Shown: positions 61,869 to 64,000 of the stretch, in pieces | Position numbering within the stretch: the first letter of the stretch is position 1 | How the letters are laid out: every line of letters begins with the position of its first letter | Made by a program: the position numbers and the translations under genes | The notes under the pieces: generated by a model | What the model was told of the DNA's origin: nothing | Seen by the model: the letters and a program-made list of their open reading frames with translations, nothing else | Databases searched by the model: none | Assembly (NCBI RefSeq): GCF_009914755.1 | Contig: NC_060926.1 | DNA length: 64,000 bases | Strand: one strand, 5' to 3' | DNA from: the human T2T-CHM13v2.0 reference genome, Homo sapiens

Positions 61869-64000
61869 TGATGTGCCAGGTAGAAGGAGGGGTGCTTCTG
61901 GCCTCGCTTGTGCCACCCTTACCCAAAATCCAGGCACATGTGCTGTCGAGGCTCCACGCAAGACCCCAGGAACTCCTGGGTCTTTGCTACCGCCAGAGGG
62001 TTGCACCTGCTTCTCAGACAGAAGACCCCCGTCTCATGGTTTCTCTTTCTCAGGCCTCCAAACCCCTGGTTACTTCATCTTTGAAATGAGTGTTTCATAT
62101 GCAATTAACCTATGTTGAAACTTTACCAACTCTAAAGTGAAATTATACTTCCTTCCTACATCTAACTCTACCTAACCATAGAGTTCCCCTCCCGAGTATT
62201 TCTGAAAGTTTCCCAGGGACAGCTTTGCACAGCTCCAGAAAGTATCTCTCACTCTCACTCTACCCTTTTCTTCTTGCTGCCATGATTCTGCCTCTGCAGC
62301 TTATGGGACTGGCGACTTAGTGACTCTGCCAGGCCTTGGGAAGGAGACATTGCCCTCCCCAACCCCCCACAGCTCATCTGACCACAGGTTCCACTGAGTT
62401 GGGGCATAAAGAAAGCAGCCTTAGAAATTTCCATCTGCCTCCAGAGGAGAAGTGTCTTGTACCCAAAGGCCTCCATTTGGCAGGGGCCACTTTAGCTCCC
62501 ACCAACAGCAATATACAGGCCCCCTTTCTCCACAGAGAGAGGAAGAAATCCCTCCCTTTCCAGCCCACAACACTCTTCCTTGCCTGCCTTGGGATGACAG
62601 ACCATGAGGACACCCCTTTCTGTTAGGGGCAATCTCCCTCCTCCCTCCACACCTGAAGGAGTGGTCTGACCCTTTCCCCTCTGAGAAAATAAACCACCAT
62701 CTTAGTGTCCAGTCTGAGTGTTTTGTTGTCAGAGCCTCAGGCCCGTCTAGGCAGCATTGTTCCCTCCCAGCGCATCGTTACAGCCTTTCCTCCAGCCTGA
62801 GGTGAGGAGAGGGTCAGGTCTTCCGACCTCTGGTAACCCCATCTCCCAGGAACAAATGTTGGACAACAAAGCACTCATGTCACCCAGGAGCCAAAGGGCA
62901 ACCTCAACCAAGATTTTAAAAAATGGACACCTTAGAACATGTGTCTAATTTGTTTGGGGGCGGTTCTACCCATAAACACAATTAATGTTTCCTAACAGGA
63001 CCCATAATGACTTTGCTCAGAATCACCCCACGTGGGCTTCCTCCAGAACAGCGGAGGCTTCTTGCCTCACAACAGGCGGCCTGCGAATGCTGCCCAACAT
63101 GGTTAAAATGTGAGCACGCTGGCGGCTGACTCACAGGAAATGGTTCCCAAGGCTATGCCTGAGATAAGGCTGGCTTCTGGAGGCCTCTTTGCAGAGGAAC
63201 CAATCCCACCCCAACTCCCTGATTGGATAATAAGACTCAGAAGCTCCAGTTCTCCCCTTCCTATGTGGCTTTGCAGGTTCTGTGTCTGACTGGACTGCCA
63301 CTTTTCTCACGTACCTGTGGTCTGTGCTACAGAACATCCTAGCCACACAAGAAAGGTGGGAGCAGTGGGTGGCTTGAGGCCAACTGAGGTTTCAATCCAG
63401 TTCCTCTCCCCTGCCACCTGCCTTACCTGGTGCTACCTCTGCAAACACCACCTGCTGGGACAGTGTGGGTGGGAGGGGCTGGTGAGGAGGATTATTTCCT
63501 GTTACTGCCTTGGGGAAGCTGCTGAGGGCATTGCTCACGCCTTTGATCTGGGCATAGAAGGAAGCCACCTGCCCTAGCCAAGGTTTTAGTGCAATGACCA
63601 GATGAGAGGCTTCAGGTTACCTCGGGGCCCTGAGTCTGGAATCCAGAGTCACAGAGAATGAGGGAAAGTTGTGGAATCATTGGTGGAGACAGGATTGGAA
63701 ACCTCTTGCAGCCAGAAAAATCACCATCACAGAGGGAGACTAGAAACCATCTCTGGGCCTGAACCTATCTTTGCTCCCGCCTTTCTTGTGCGGTCAGGTG
63801 GTTCTGGGACAGTAACCTCAGGCAGGTGAGAAAAGTGGCAGTGCAGTCAGACAATTCACAGAGGCCAGACGGGACAGGGAGAACTGGAGCTTCTGAGTCT
63901 TATTATCCAACCAGCCAGGCAGTGGGGGTGGGCTTCGCTCTTCTCTGCAGAGAGGCCTCCAGAAGCAACCTTATCTCAGGCACAGCTTATGAAGCTCTTT

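Overview
This is primate genomic DNA, almost certainly human, since it contains an AluYa5 with all five diagnostic positions. It is non-coding and dominated by transposable elements: about 45 Alu or Alu-monomer copies, old L1 fragments, ERV1 LTRs (four MER21-family, two LTR8-family, MER39-like, and a MER4-group LTR with its internal region), MaLR/ERVL LTRs (THE1, MST including one full LTR-int-LTR element, MLT1, MLT2) and DNA transposons (Charlie1, MER30, MER53, MER3, MER5A, MER96-like, Tigger1). There are two small-RNA retropseudogenes, 7SL and U13/SNORD13. No protein-coding gene is supported; the ORF track is explained by repeats or chance. I found no evidence of a new biological system. The most notable structure is a ~370-bp inverted duplication (50850-51220 and 52835-53218) flanking ~1.6 kb of mostly unique GC-rich DNA. 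It shows a sharp identity gradient, suggesting gene conversion, and template-switch scars at its junction, so it is a candidate invertible segment. Repeat subfamily names are recalled from consensus sequences and need RepeatMasker/Dfam confirmation; coordinates are counted by hand.
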